From contig OZ220744.1 of the NCBI GenBank assembly GCA_965116925.1, forward strand, positions 1,824,001 through 1,888,000: DNA of 64,000 bases. Reading direction: 5' to 3'. A model generated the notes under the pieces. The model saw nothing but the letters and a program-made list of their open reading frames with translations, ran no database searches and had not been told where the DNA came from. The position numbers were made by a program, and so were the translations under genes. Source of the stretch: Candidatus Poribacteria bacterium. Lineage in GTDB: Bacteria; Poribacteria; WGA-4E; PCPOR2b. Each line of letters begins with the position of its first letter. Within the stretch, counting starts at the first letter, position 1. Below are positions 47,584 to 57,857 of the stretch, one piece after another.

Positions 47584-48426
47584 TCAACCCCGTGACGGCT
47601 CTGTCATCGTCTTTCTGAGCTCCCGATGCAATTCAGCAAGGTGGGTGTCATTCTCCATCACCTGCTTCAAGTGCACCATCCGCTCTGGACCGGCAGTACG
47701 GATCATCGCTTCGCCGAGGATGCTATCGATCCAGAACCGTGCTTCTTTACTGAACATGTCACGCAATTCCCCCAGTCGCTCCTCGGGGTAACGAGAGCAG
47801 AAGTTCATTGTGTACATCCGTCGCCGCTCAGAACCGCCAAACGCAGCGTGCTTGAGGTTTTGATTGAAGACGACAATATCGCCGGGATTTGTCTCCAAAA
47901 CGAGTGCCGGGACATCAGGACCGGACATCCCCCAGATCTTTCCGCTCTCGCGGATGTCGCGTTCAATCGTGTCGGCATAAGGCTCGCCAACGCGGTGGCT
48001 GCCGGGGATCACACGCAGTGCACCCGTATCGCGGGTCAGCGGATCGAGGTAGAACGGGATCTTGATATCCATCAGCCGGTTTCCATTGTAACCGTCGGAG
48101 TGCCAACGGGTGTCCCCAGCGTAGAGATTGCCATCGCCGCTTGTATAGTTAAAGTCATCACCGCAAATACTAGCAGCGATGTCGTGGATGCGTGGATCGT
48201 CTAGTAGGGAACTGAGGTACTCACTGAGATCCGGGAACGGGCAGATGCAAGAACGATTCACTCCGTCGTGCAACGCGCCGTTGTGTCCGCCACCGTGGGC
48301 AGCCCAAACAGCTTCAAACTCGTCAATAATCTTATCAGCGCAGTCAGCCAATAATCCCGGAAAGGATAAGAACCCAAACGTATCAAAGAATGCCATCTGT
48401 TGGTCGTTAAGTCGTGTTGATCCCAT
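47584..48426 (-). CDS. PhyH-family dioxygenase (tandem paralog A)
   Basis: FFDTFGFL, WHSD, GALRVIPGSH, LKHAA. 280 aa from ATG at 48426. Confidence 0.9.
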   Translation of the reverse strand: MGSTRLNDQQMAFFDTFGFLSFPGLLADCADKIIDEFEAVWAAHGGGHNGALHDGVNRSCICPFPDLSEYLSSLLDDPRIHDIAASICGDDFNYTSGDGNLYAGDTRWHSDGYNGNRLMDIKIPFYLDPLTRDTGALRVIPGSHRVGEPYADTIERDIRESGKIWGMSGPDVPALVLETNPGDIVVFNQNLKHAAFGGSERRRMYTMNFCSRYPEERLGELRDMFSKEARFWIDSILGEAMIRTAGPERMVHLKQVMENDTHLAELHRELRKTMTEPSRG

Positions 48427-48601
48427 TGTCACATCTCCAATCTCTATTGGGTCATGTTAAGCAATCGTGTAGCAGTAACCGTAGGGGCGGGGTTACCCCG
48501 CCCGTGCTTACCAAAAACTCGATTTCTCTTCGCGTTTTGCACCTTCTTTTTCTATCCAAACTCTGTTGACGGCATAATCTCAGCTAAGGCCAATTGAGCC
48601 A

Positions 48602-49444
48602 TTAACCTCGCGACGGTTCGGTCATCGTCTCTCTGAGTTCCCGATGCAATTCAGCAAGGTGGGTGTCATTTTCCATCACCTGCTCTAGGTGCACCATCCG
48701 CTCTGGGCCCGCGGTACGGATCATCGCTTCACCGTGGATGCGATCAATCCAGAACCGTGCCTCGTGACCTAGCTTCTCGCGTAACTCCCCAAGCCGTTCT
48801 TCCGGGTAACGGCGGCAGAAGTTCATCGTATACATCCGTCGCCGTTCAGAACCGCCAAACGCAGCGTGCTTGAGATTGTGGTTGAAGACAACAATATCGC
48901 CGGGGTTCGTTTCCAAAATAAGTGCCGGGACATCAGGACCGGACATCCCCCAGATCTGCCCACTCTCGCGAATATCGCGTTCAATAATGTCGGCATAAGG
49001 CTCGCCAACCCGGTGGCTGCCGGGGATAATGCGGAGCGCGCCGGTGTCGCGGGTCAGCGGATCGAGGTAGAAAGCGATCTTGATGCTCATCAACCGGTTT
49101 CCGTCGTAGCCGTCAGAGTGCCAACGGGTGTCCCCGGCGTAGAAATTACCATCGCCACTTGTATAATTAAAATCATCACCACAGATGCTGGCGGCGATGT
49201 CATGGATACGCGGGTCATCCAGTATAGAGCTGAGGTATTCGCTGCGATCCGGGAACGGGAAGATACAGGAACGATTCACCCCGTCGTGCAGTGCCCCGTG
49301 GTGTCCGCCACCGTGGGAAGTCCAGATAGCTTCAAATTCGTCAATAATCCTATCGGCACAATCAGCCAATAATCCCGGAAAGGACAGAAACCCAAACGTA
49401 TCAAAGAATGCCATCTGCTGGTCGTTGAGTCGCGTTGATGTCAT
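48602..49444 (-). CDS. PhyH-family dioxygenase (tandem paralog B)
   Basis: Same motifs and length. 28 differences in 280 aa versus paralog A by manual alignment. Confidence 0.9.
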   Translation of the reverse strand: MTSTRLNDQQMAFFDTFGFLSFPGLLADCADRIIDEFEAIWTSHGGGHHGALHDGVNRSCIFPFPDRSEYLSSILDDPRIHDIAASICGDDFNYTSGDGNFYAGDTRWHSDGYDGNRLMSIKIAFYLDPLTRDTGALRIIPGSHRVGEPYADIIERDIRESGQIWGMSGPDVPALILETNPGDIVVFNHNLKHAAFGGSERRRMYTMNFCRRYPEERLGELREKLGHEARFWIDRIHGEAMIRTAGPERMVHLEQVMENDTHLAELHRELRETMTEPSRG

Positions 49445-49523
49445 TATCGTGTCTCCAATTTGGTGGATGCAGCATCTGTTTAACGTTCTACGTTTCCTCA
49501 ATCGCGCAATTGTCGAGGAATAG

Positions 49524-49994
49524 TTAAAAATCTATACGGTAGCGACGCTTAATCCGATCGCTCTTTTTGTATAGATGATAGAATTTCCGGGGAACCTCTA
49601 CCGTTTCAACAAACCTAGCTCCCACAATTTCGCACGTTCTCCTTGAAGCCATATTGTCGGGATTACACGTAATCCAGATCGGATTAATCTCATGGCGGCG
49701 TGCGAGAGGCAAGATGAGTTGGCAGCTTCTTGCGGCGTATCGATGCCCCCTGTACGCCGGCGTAACATTGTAACCGATATGTCCTGCGTATTTTTCGAGG
49801 TTCTCATCGTTCCCGATCCGCAGCGAGATATGCCCCATATTTGTATTTTGACCGACAGATCTCATTGCGAACTCATAACTAGGGGCATATCCCTTTGAGG
49901 AATCGGCGGAACGCTTTTCAACTAAAATGAGCTCTAGATCGCCATCGACCAATCGTCCGGGATGCAAGAACCTAAAAGTAGTGTCATCACTCAT
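49524..49994 (-). CDS. GNAT-family N-acetyltransferase
   Basis: GHIGYNVTPAYRGHRYA, ITCNPDNMASRRTCE..GA. Confidence 0.88.
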   Translation of the reverse strand: MSDDTTFRFLHPGRLVDGDLELILVEKRSADSSKGYAPSYEFAMRSVGQNTNMGHISLRIGNDENLEKYAGHIGYNVTPAYRGHRYAARSCQLILPLARRHEINPIWITCNPDNMASRRTCEIVGARFVETVEVPRKFYHLYKKSDRIKRRYRIDF

Positions 49995-50141
49995 TGCAGA
50001 CCGCCTATTACGCCATTACACCTGTAGTGGAAAATCTCGTCGTTTTCTGGCAATACGCTGAATAGCTCCAATCGTTACTCTAATACCCAAAATTAGTGAA
50101 CCTCTCTGCTACCTTCACGTTTCACGCTTTTGACATGAGTC

Positions 50142-50936
50142 TCAAATATCTGTACCTTCTCCTACCAGTTCTTCACCCATACGCTTCAAGCCAGCGGTCA
50201 GCCCCCCATCGACGATGAGGTTTGTTCCTGTGACGAAAGATGCTTGGTCTGATACCAAGAAAAGGGCAGCCGCAGCGATCTCTTCGGGCTTGCCAACCCG
50301 TTTGAGCGGATACCATTTCGACAGTCGGTTAAAGAGGTCTGGATCTTTTTCAAGCACCGCTGTCCATGCAGGCGTTTGAATGGATCCCGGACAGATCGAA
50401 TTGGCGCGGATGCCCCGCTCTCCGTAGCGGACAGCGATGTTTTGCGTCAGCGAGATAACCCCCGCCTTGGCAGCACTGTACGCCTCCTCGCCGAGTCCGA
50501 GCAACCCGTTCACCGAAGCGATGTTGACAATTGCTCCCTTGCGTTGACCAATCATGTGCGGCAAAGCCGCTTTACAACAGAGAAAGGCACTTGACAAACA
50601 GCCCCGGATATTTCTGTTCCACAGTTCCTCATCAACAGTGAGAATGTCATCTCCATCACAGAAGTACGCATTGTTCACCAAGATATCAACGCCGCCGTAA
50701 GCATCAATCGTTTGGGATACCATCGCTTCAACCGCAGCAGAATCCGTTACATCGGTATGCACAAACCGAGCGGTTCCGCCCTCACCTTCGATCGCTGCAA
50801 CGGTGTCCATTCCGGCGGTATCGTTGATGTCCGCTACGACGACGCAGGCTCCTTCGGAGGCGAATCGTTGGGCAGTCGCACGACCTATGCCCGATCCAGC
50901 CCCTGTTATAATCGCTGTTCGATTGGCTAATTGCAC
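50142..50936 (-). CDS. Short-chain dehydrogenase/reductase
   Basis: TGAGSGIG, LVNNA, YSAAK, ICPG, VDGG. Confidence 0.93.
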   Translation of the reverse strand: MQLANRTAIITGAGSGIGRATAQRFASEGACVVVADINDTAGMDTVAAIEGEGGTARFVHTDVTDSAAVEAMVSQTIDAYGGVDILVNNAYFCDGDDILTVDEELWNRNIRGCLSSAFLCCKAALPHMIGQRKGAIVNIASVNGLLGLGEEAYSAAKAGVISLTQNIAVRYGERGIRANSICPGSIQTPAWTAVLEKDPDLFNRLSKWYPLKRVGKPEEIAAAALFLVSDQASFVTGTNLIVDGGLTAGLKRMGEELVGEGTDI

Positions 50937-51105
50937 AATGTCTGCTCCTTCCTATTCGCCCCCGGTAGGTGCGGTTTCATGAAGTTTAAGTATTTAAATC
51001 TCATAAAACCGCGCCGGCGTCGCAAGCAAATTACCGAACTGTTTTTTTAATTTTCATCCAACCGCACCGGTTTTGAGTGTCTCATTACACTATAAACGCC
51101 GCATC

Positions 51106-52485
51106 TTACAACCCTTCTTGGTCGCTCAATCGCTGTAACAGCTTACAATAGGCTATCTGCCCCTGTTCAAAGCTGCTGATCCGGAAAAATTCGTCCGGGG
51201 CATGGGCGTTTTCATCTTCTAAGCCGAAGGCAAAAGTCACTGTATAGACATCTAGCTTATCTAGGAAAAGACGACATACCGGAAGGGTGCCGCCCAGTTG
51301 CGTGAAATACGGTGTTTTTCCGTATACCTCCTCAAGCACTTCGTAGGCAGCCTGATTCCCCGGATGATCTGTGGGGATTCGGTACGCCGGGGAGGGCGCA
51401 GCCTTGGGAGTAGTCGCTATCTCCACTCCCGGAGGCGTATATTTTTCGATATGGGTCGCAAGTTGTTCCAAGATCTTGTTCGGGTTTTGATCGGGCACAA
51501 GGCGGCAGGTGATTTTGGCGTGGGCTTCACTCGGAATGACAGTTTTGCTGCCCTCCCCTTGGAAACCACCCCAGATCCCATTCAACTCAAGCGTTGGGCG
51601 AACCCATGCCCGTTCAAGTGCCGTATAACCGGGCTCACCAAACAGGCGATCCACACCGAGTTGTTCCTTATACTCCGTCTCGTCGTGACCGATAGCAGCA
51701 ATCTGGTCTCGATCCTCGGCGGAGAGCGGGATAACATCGTCGTAGAACCCTTCAACCAAGATATCGCCCGCTGGGCTACGCATAGAATCCAAGAGACGTA
51801 CGAGGGCGTGGATCGGGTTTTGGACGGTGCCACCGTAGATGCCGGAGTGCAGGTCTACATTGGGGCCCTTCACGTCAATCTGTAGCGCGCACAACCCCTT
51901 GAACCCAACAAGCAGTGAAGGCTGATCTTCACGCCACTGCAATCCATCGGCACTAACCACTAGATCGCAAGCCAATAATTCTTTCTGGGCATCTATCAGA
52001 TCCGGCAGATGACCGCTACCGATCTCCTCCTCACCTTCAAAGAAGAATTTCAGGTTGACCGGCAAGCTACCCTCAGTCTTTAGCAGTGCTTCCGTGGCGA
52101 GGATGGGGATGAGCATGTTTCCTTTGTCATCGGAGGAACCACGGGCGTACACCTTTCCATCCTGCACGACGGGTTCAAACGGCGGGCTAGACCACAGATC
52201 GACCGGATCAACGGGCTGCGTATCAAAGTGACCATAGATCAAAACAGTCGGTTTATCGGGCGCGTGTAACCATTCACCGTAGACCACCGGAGGTCCACCG
52301 GTCGGCAGGATGCGTATCCCTTCAATGCCAGCAGCGTCCATACGGTTTGCAACCCATTCACCTGCCCGTTGAATATCACCGGCATGTTCAGATAGTGCGG
52401 AGATGCTCGGAATACGGATAAAGTCTAACATTTCGTCCAAGAACCGAGACCTGTTGGTTTCCAGATAATTTTCCCAATTCGCCAT
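51106..52485 (-). CDS. M20-family dipeptidase
   Basis: YGHFDTQP, RGSSDDKG, EGEEEIGS, DLHSG, HAPDE. Confidence 0.92.
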   Translation of the reverse strand: MANWENYLETNRSRFLDEMLDFIRIPSISALSEHAGDIQRAGEWVANRMDAAGIEGIRILPTGGPPVVYGEWLHAPDKPTVLIYGHFDTQPVDPVDLWSSPPFEPVVQDGKVYARGSSDDKGNMLIPILATEALLKTEGSLPVNLKFFFEGEEEIGSGHLPDLIDAQKELLACDLVVSADGLQWREDQPSLLVGFKGLCALQIDVKGPNVDLHSGIYGGTVQNPIHALVRLLDSMRSPAGDILVEGFYDDVIPLSAEDRDQIAAIGHDETEYKEQLGVDRLFGEPGYTALERAWVRPTLELNGIWGGFQGEGSKTVIPSEAHAKITCRLVPDQNPNKILEQLATHIEKYTPPGVEIATTPKAAPSPAYRIPTDHPGNQAAYEVLEEVYGKTPYFTQLGGTLPVCRLFLDKLDVYTVTFAFGLEDENAHAPDEFFRISSFEQGQIAYCKLLQRLSDQEGL

Positions 52486-52598
52486 AGATTTCCCTTTTCT
52501 CCCTTTTGTCTTTCGCTCATATTAAGAAATCGTGCAATAGAACCCCTAGAGGTGGGGTTGCTGTATCAATGAACTAGTGAACCAATAAACTAATGAAC

Positions 52599-53414
52599 TC
52601 ATGCACCTTCAGCCACAAGCGTCATTTCCTCTTTGCCATCAAGGCCAGCAGCAACTGGAAAGGACTTCCGTTCCGGCTGCCCGTTGCGTGGCACATAACG
52701 AACTTGCGGCGAGAAGTATGCGTAAAGCGCGGTGTTCCTCGAATTCGGCGATCTATTCGGACCTGAACCGTGCGCCATGAGGCTGTGGAAAAACAGCGCA
52801 CTCCCCGCAGCCAAAGGAACATCAATCTGCTCTGAGAAATCGCGATCCTCGTGATCTGTCAAGGATTCATTCTGCTTACGAGCGATATGTCCCCAAGACT
52901 GAAGTCCCCATTTGTGGCTCTGCGGGATCACCTTAAAACATCCGTTTTCAGGTGTGGCATCATTGAGCGCGATGCTAACCGTTACCAGCGTCGGTGGCTC
53001 CATGGGCCAATACGCAGAATCTTGGTGGATGCCGTGCGCGGAACCGTGGAATGCCGGCTTAAACATTAACGTACTTCTGAACAGCAGCAGATCCTGACCG
53101 ATAAGGTTTTGCACAACTTGGATTAACTTCGGATGGACTGAGAGGCGACGAAATACCTCCGAATACTGACGGGTGTTTTCAGCCTTTCTGAGCACCGGAA
53201 GTTTATCGTCCTCTGCCAACGCCTGTGACGCAGTTTTCGCGTAAGGTTCGCGTTGAAAGTGCCCATTTTCGCCTTCTGCTTCGAGTTCGGCGGCGAGTTT
53301 GTGCAGACGCAGAATTTCCGCCTGACATTCCGCCAATTCTTCGGATGATAGTAGGTTCTCTACAACGAGGTAGCCCTCTTCTTCAAAGAAAGTTTTCTGT
53401 TCTTGTAGGGTCAT
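52599..53414 (-). CDS. PhyH-family dioxygenase
   Basis: FFEEEGYL, HQDSAYW, ENGCFKVIPQSH, HGSGPN.S..SR. ATG at 53414 follows AAGGAG. Confidence 0.92.
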   Translation of the reverse strand: MTLQEQKTFFEEEGYLVVENLLSSEELAECQAEILRLHKLAAELEAEGENGHFQREPYAKTASQALAEDDKLPVLRKAENTRQYSEVFRRLSVHPKLIQVVQNLIGQDLLLFRSTLMFKPAFHGSAHGIHQDSAYWPMEPPTLVTVSIALNDATPENGCFKVIPQSHKWGLQSWGHIARKQNESLTDHEDRDFSEQIDVPLAAGSALFFHSLMAHGSGPNRSPNSRNTALYAYFSPQVRYVPRNGQPERKSFPVAAGLDGKEEMTLVAEGA

Positions 53415-53442
53415 ATCAATCTCCTTGACCATTTGAGTTTCA

Positions 53443-54378
53443 TTATCGGCGGTGTGATGCACCACCTACAATCTCGGCAAGCCGTTTCACAAGATATGCG
53501 TTAAAATTGTAGGGAGCCCCATACCCGGGTGCCTCTTGGAATTTTCGGCAAATGAACAGATGACAACCATCGCAATCAGCTTCGATAATGAGCGGGCGTC
53601 CGGAAGAATCACGTAGGAAATCAACGACACCAATCTCAAACCCGATCAGATCCGCCAAACGCAGGGCAAGCGATACCATCTCCTCATCAAGGGTTTCTAA
53701 AAATTCGTAACGTGCTCCCGTTGCAACGTTGATAATCGACTTTTCAGCACTATCAACACCCTCCTTCACCCGCATCGTACCCATAACCACCCGATCCCCG
53801 ACGACGTACATACGATAAACGCGGTCATTGGTTTGTGCTGTCGTGCCGACGAACTGTTGCACATAATAAGGCGGTGCAAGCACGAGCGTCTGATCGAGGA
53901 GGCGGTTGCGTTCCCCAAAAGCGACCTGATAGGCCTGATCTCCCCTCCGCGTCGTTATCGCTCCTCCCTCACGCCGTAAAATCCGATGCCCCACACCACC
54001 GCATAGGTGTGTCGATTTCAATAGGGCAATTCCGTACCGGTCCAACATCTCCACCACCGCATCGGGTGTCTGAGAGATAACTGTTTCAGGTGTCGGCAGG
54101 TTGTTTTCGACCATTAACCGAGAGGTCGCGATTTTATCAATAGCAATCTTCTGCGCTCGTATCGAATTAATAACCAACCGTTCTGACTCAAGTTGTCTCA
54201 ACGCATTCTGTTCGTCGCAGGGTAGCACATAGACCAGATCTACGTCCGTCTGATCGAGCGTCGCCGTTGTCAGCCGGCAACTCTGTCCACCGACAAGACT
54301 GATTTCATGCTCAAGTCCCCGAACCAGATCCTCCAATAGAAACCAGTAAGCGGGTTCGTAGAGCAATCCGATTTTCAT
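53443..54378 (-). CDS. RimK-like ATP-grasp protein
   Basis: VINS..AQKIAIDK, LPTPET, LLKS...CGGVG, VQQFV, YRMYVVG, NVATGA, VVDFL...IIE. Confidence 0.8.
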   Translation of the reverse strand: MKIGLLYEPAYWFLLEDLVRGLEHEISLVGGQSCRLTTATLDQTDVDLVYVLPCDEQNALRQLESERLVINSIRAQKIAIDKIATSRLMVENNLPTPETVISQTPDAVVEMLDRYGIALLKSTHLCGGVGHRILRREGGAITTRRGDQAYQVAFGERNRLLDQTLVLAPPYYVQQFVGTTAQTNDRVYRMYVVGDRVVMGTMRVKEGVDSAEKSIINVATGARYEFLETLDEEMVSLALRLADLIGFEIGVVDFLRDSSGRPLIIEADCDGCHLFICRKFQEAPGYGAPYNFNAYLVKRLAEIVGGASHRR

Positions 54379-55112
54379 AACGAATCTAGCGCACGTTTTC
54401 GGAGCTCGTCAAACTTCTCAGCGCACGCAGCCCGCGCTGCCCGCCACCCCTCTAAGTCACGTTTGCCAGTTTTCACGAAGTCAAGCACATAGCCTTCAGC
54501 TTCCATATATTCCGCGCACAAACGGGCAACACAACCAGCAATATGATTCGGAATTGTCGTTACGCCGTTGCAATCCCCATGTATCAAATCTCCGGGATAG
54601 ACCGTAGTCCCGCCAACATGCACCGGGATGTTCACATCGGCGATTTGGTGGTAGCCGTGGGAGGGGTTGGTACCGCTCGTGAAGGTGGGGAAATTGATCT
54701 CCCGTACCTGATCTAAATCTCGCCCGGCACCACTCGTGATTAGTCCTACGCAACCGAATGTCTGATAGGTCATGCACATCACTTCACCGAATGTCGCCGC
54801 AGCAGACGGAACATCGAGATCCTGGAAGACAACAACACGGGGTTCAGGAATTGAATCCATCTGTGCAAGCTGTTCCTCCATACCGGCGTAGGTCTCCCCT
54901 TCTCGCGGCGGATTGTCGGTAGAAAGCGTCGCTGTTGTTGCGTAACCGACCAGCGGTGGCATTTCTGGGAAACAGGCTTGGATGCGGTCATCCATATAGC
55001 CGGTGTTTCGCGGACGGACATCAAACAGTTCGATAACGTTACAAATTGTGGGCGTATCTGCGACCTTAAGAAGTTCTAACTCTTCGGATGAAATTGTTTG
55101 GACTGGATTCAT
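54375..55112 (-). CDS. RraA/HMG aldolase-family protein
   Basis: DTPTICNVIE, VGYATT, FGEVM, GAGRD, VYPGDLIHGDCNG. 4-nt overlap with the next gene. Confidence 0.88.
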   Translation of the reverse strand: MNPVQTISSEELELLKVADTPTICNVIELFDVRPRNTGYMDDRIQACFPEMPPLVGYATTATLSTDNPPREGETYAGMEEQLAQMDSIPEPRVVVFQDLDVPSAAATFGEVMCMTYQTFGCVGLITSGAGRDLDQVREINFPTFTSGTNPSHGYHQIADVNIPVHVGGTTVYPGDLIHGDCNGVTTIPNHIAGCVARLCAEYMEAEGYVLDFVKTGKRDLEGWRAARAACAEKFDELRKRALDSL

Positions 55113-55308
55113 AATTTTCCCCTTAGGGCTATTCTTAAAATGCGAAGTACAAATTCCATCGAAATTTGCAAAAACTGATTATAACACGATTTGATTGCGA
55201 AGGCATATATTTTTTTATTATTTGTAGGATTTACGCATTTCCTCTTAAAGTCTCCCTGATAAGGGGGATTTAGGGGGTTAAATGCAATCAGATAACGACT
55301 TTTCAGTC

Positions 55309-55535
55309 CGTAGGTTGGGTTGAACGGAACCGATGAAAATGCCACACATGACAACTGGGGTTAGAGGGACGATGCGGGTTGAAAGTTCACAAGTCGAGTG
55401 AAACCCAACATTTTATCTGCAGCGGATAAAGGTGTTGGGTTTCACTCTTTCTATCTACAAAGCAGTGTTGTTGAAAAACAAAGCATCTACCGTCGTTGAT
55501 AGGGATTCGGTTTGACCCGTTCAACCCAACCTACG
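55309..55535. repeat. Large REPIN-like inverted-repeat element
   Basis: CGTAGGTTGGGTTGAACGG (55309-55327) and its exact reverse complement (55517-55535), with an inner GAGTGAAACCCAACA/TGTTGGGTTTCACTC pair. Related half-units at 37717 and 57396. Confidence 0.8.
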
Positions 55536-55926
55536 ATACTGTATGAATCCCATAGGCCGGGCCCCAATGAACCAAACTGTTTTTCACGTTTCACGCATCA
55601 CGTTTCACGCCCTTATTTTTCTACGAGCCTATATTCCTTCCCTCAAAGGGGTGAAACATTTGTTTCTTTGAGAAACATCTGTGTCACCCGCCCCGTACCT
55701 TGAGTTTGAAAGGGTTTGCGAGGTATTTGTCTCAAAATTGGTCTTCCAGCCGTTTCACCCCTTGTTGTCCCTTTACCCGGTTCCATCTCATACAATTAAT
55801 AACATCTACATGGGGTTAACGCAACGCTGCAAAGTGCGTGAAAGATAGAGCCAGAGCCGTTTTATGTGCTCATCTTCGATGCAGTATGAAGACAAAACAA
55901 CCTTATATATTCCTCCATGTACATCT

Positions 55927-55942
55927 TGGCAGATGTTTTGCA
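55927..55942 (+). promoter_or_regulatory. sigma54 (-24/-12) promoter upstream of ferritin
   Basis: TGGCAGATGTTTTGCA, i.e. GG-N10-GC, 40 nt before the ATG. Confidence 0.65.
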
Positions 55943-55981
55943 TATAGAGAAGCATAAATTAAACGACAGAAAGGAGAAACC

Positions 55982-56479
55982 ATGTTAAGCCCAACCATTC
56001 AGGAAGCATTGAACAAACAGATTAATCATGAATTTTACTCCTCCTACTTCTATCTCGCGGTGTCAGCCTACTTTGAATCGCTTAATTTGGGTGGCTTCAC
56101 GCATTGGATGCGGTTGCAAAGTCAAGAAGAGAGAGAACACGGGATGAGGTTGTTAGATCACCTCCACGACAGGAACGGACAGGCGACATTTGAAGCGATT
56201 GCTCAACCACCTATAGAATTTCAGTCGCCAGCAGAAGCCTTTCAGCAGGCTTTGCAGCATGAGGACCATGTAACGCAGACTATCAATCGGTTCTACGAAC
56301 TGGCGGTGCAAGAGAAAGACTACGCAACACAGGTGGAGTTACAGTGGTTTATTTCTGAGCAGGTCGAAGAGGAAAAGCGAGCCCGTCAAATACTGGATCA
56401 ACTCAAAATGATTGGCGATCAGGGGACAGCTTTGTACCTGTTGGACAAGGAATTAGGGGAACGCGAGAGCGACGGCTAA
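55982..56479 (+). CDS. ftnA: Non-haem ferritin
   Basis: LNKQINHEFYSSYFY, QSQEEREH, HEDHVT, LQWFISEQVEEE. Confidence 0.93.
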   Translation: MLSPTIQEALNKQINHEFYSSYFYLAVSAYFESLNLGGFTHWMRLQSQEEREHGMRLLDHLHDRNGQATFEAIAQPPIEFQSPAEAFQQALQHEDHVTQTINRFYELAVQEKDYATQVELQWFISEQVEEEKRARQILDQLKMIGDQGTALYLLDKELGERESDG

Positions 56480-56534
56480 ACGTGACTTCGGTTTTTTTTA
56501 AGCGTAGGAACTATTAGACAACACAGGGAGAATT

Positions 56535-57116
56535 ATGGATACTTTAACGCAAGCTCTCAGTCAGGAAGCACTTCTTGGCGCGAGAATTGGTGAGGTTTAT
56601 AGAGCGGAGTCCAATGAGATCGAGGCGCAATTTGAAAGGTCCGAGCAACACAATGAGTGTACGCCTGTGGAACCCAACCTCGGTCCCGCCGTCCAACCGA
56701 GTTCTTTGCCTGTTACAGTCTATATGGAGAACATGGCAAAAGAACATATCCTTGTCGTTGATGACGAACAGAACATGCGTAACACCCTCGCATTCATTCT
56801 GGAAACAGCGAATTATCATGTCACAACCGCAGCAGAGGGGCGATCTGCTTTGGAGGAGATATTGGCGGCGCGAAAGGGCGATCAGCCAGTAGACCTGCTC
56901 ATCACGGATATGCGGCTACCCGGTTTAACTGGACTTCAATTGATTGATGAGTTGAATTACCTGAAAATAAAAATCCCTGTGCTAGTCATCACTGCCTATG
57001 GGGACCGGTCACTACTTCTTGAACTGGAACGCACCGGTTATGCGGACTACCTTGACAAGCCCTTTGATTACAAAGAACTTGTCAGGCGCGTTGATTTGCT
57101 CATGGAAAAAAGATGA
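56535..57116 (+). CDS. Single-domain response regulator (true start may be 56733)
   Basis: ILVVDDE, LLITDMRLP, ITAYG, KPF. RBS-like sequences precede both 56535 and 56733. Confidence 0.85.
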   Translation: MDTLTQALSQEALLGARIGEVYRAESNEIEAQFERSEQHNECTPVEPNLGPAVQPSSLPVTVYMENMAKEHILVVDDEQNMRNTLAFILETANYHVTTAAEGRSALEEILAARKGDQPVDLLITDMRLPGLTGLQLIDELNYLKIKIPVLVITAYGDRSLLLELERTGYADYLDKPFDYKELVRRVDLLMEKR

Positions 57117-57157
57117 GCTGGGTGAAATACATCAATAAAAACAAGGAGGAAATTGAT

Positions 57158-57373
57158 ATGCTTTGGGGTGAAGCGTCTTTAAGGCTCAAACTTAACGGTT
57201 TTGAGGATGGATTAAACCACACGATAGATCGATTAACCTATGAGATCCTTCAGGAGTATCGCGAAGGGGTTGATGTGGCACATCAGTTGATGGAACCCCC
57301 AATGTGGGACACCTTTGAGGATCTACCGATTCCATTCTTCAGTCCGAGGCATGAACCGGACGAAATTGCCTAG
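57158..57373 (+). CDS. Small hypothetical protein (71 aa)
   Basis: AAGGAGG RBS before ATG at 57158; co-oriented with neighbours. Confidence 0.55.
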   Translation: MLWGEASLRLKLNGFEDGLNHTIDRLTYEILQEYREGVDVAHQLMEPPMWDTFEDLPIPFFSPRHEPDEIA

Positions 57374-57744
57374 GGCGTGTTGACATTTCACACGGCGTAG
57401 GTTGGGTTGAATGGTAAAAGCAAGTTCCTATCAAATACAATAGAAGCTACGCTTTCCAGTAACACTCCTTTATAGGATAGATGAAGTGAAACCCAACACC
57501 AATTTGGTCATTTCTGATAGGTGTCGGATATGAAAATCCGATCTACAGATTGTCTAGCAACTTAGGCTAAATAACCTAAGTTGCTAGTTATTGGAAATCC
57601 ATCAGAACCTGTAGGTCGAGATTCATATCTTGACACCCAAATGTCAACAGAACTAAACAGTAAAGCGGAACATTAATATTAAAAGAAATTGACGCAAAGC
57701 TTAATACAATCTGGACGCTGTATCTACAGCGGACCAACATTACA

Positions 57745-57857
57745 TAGGACTTACGCAGCGAACCGTAGGCGGGACATCTTGCCCCGCACCACCTATACTG
57801 AAATGCACAAGTCTGAAGGTGGGACATTTGGCTCCGTGCTAAAATGCGTAAATCCTG
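57745..57857. mobile_element. MITE-like element with 13-bp TIRs and a 5-bp target duplication
   Basis: TAGGACTTACGCA...TGCGTAAATCCTG flanked by TTACA (57740-57744 and 57858-57862). Internal GTAG REP at 57764. Confidence 0.75.
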
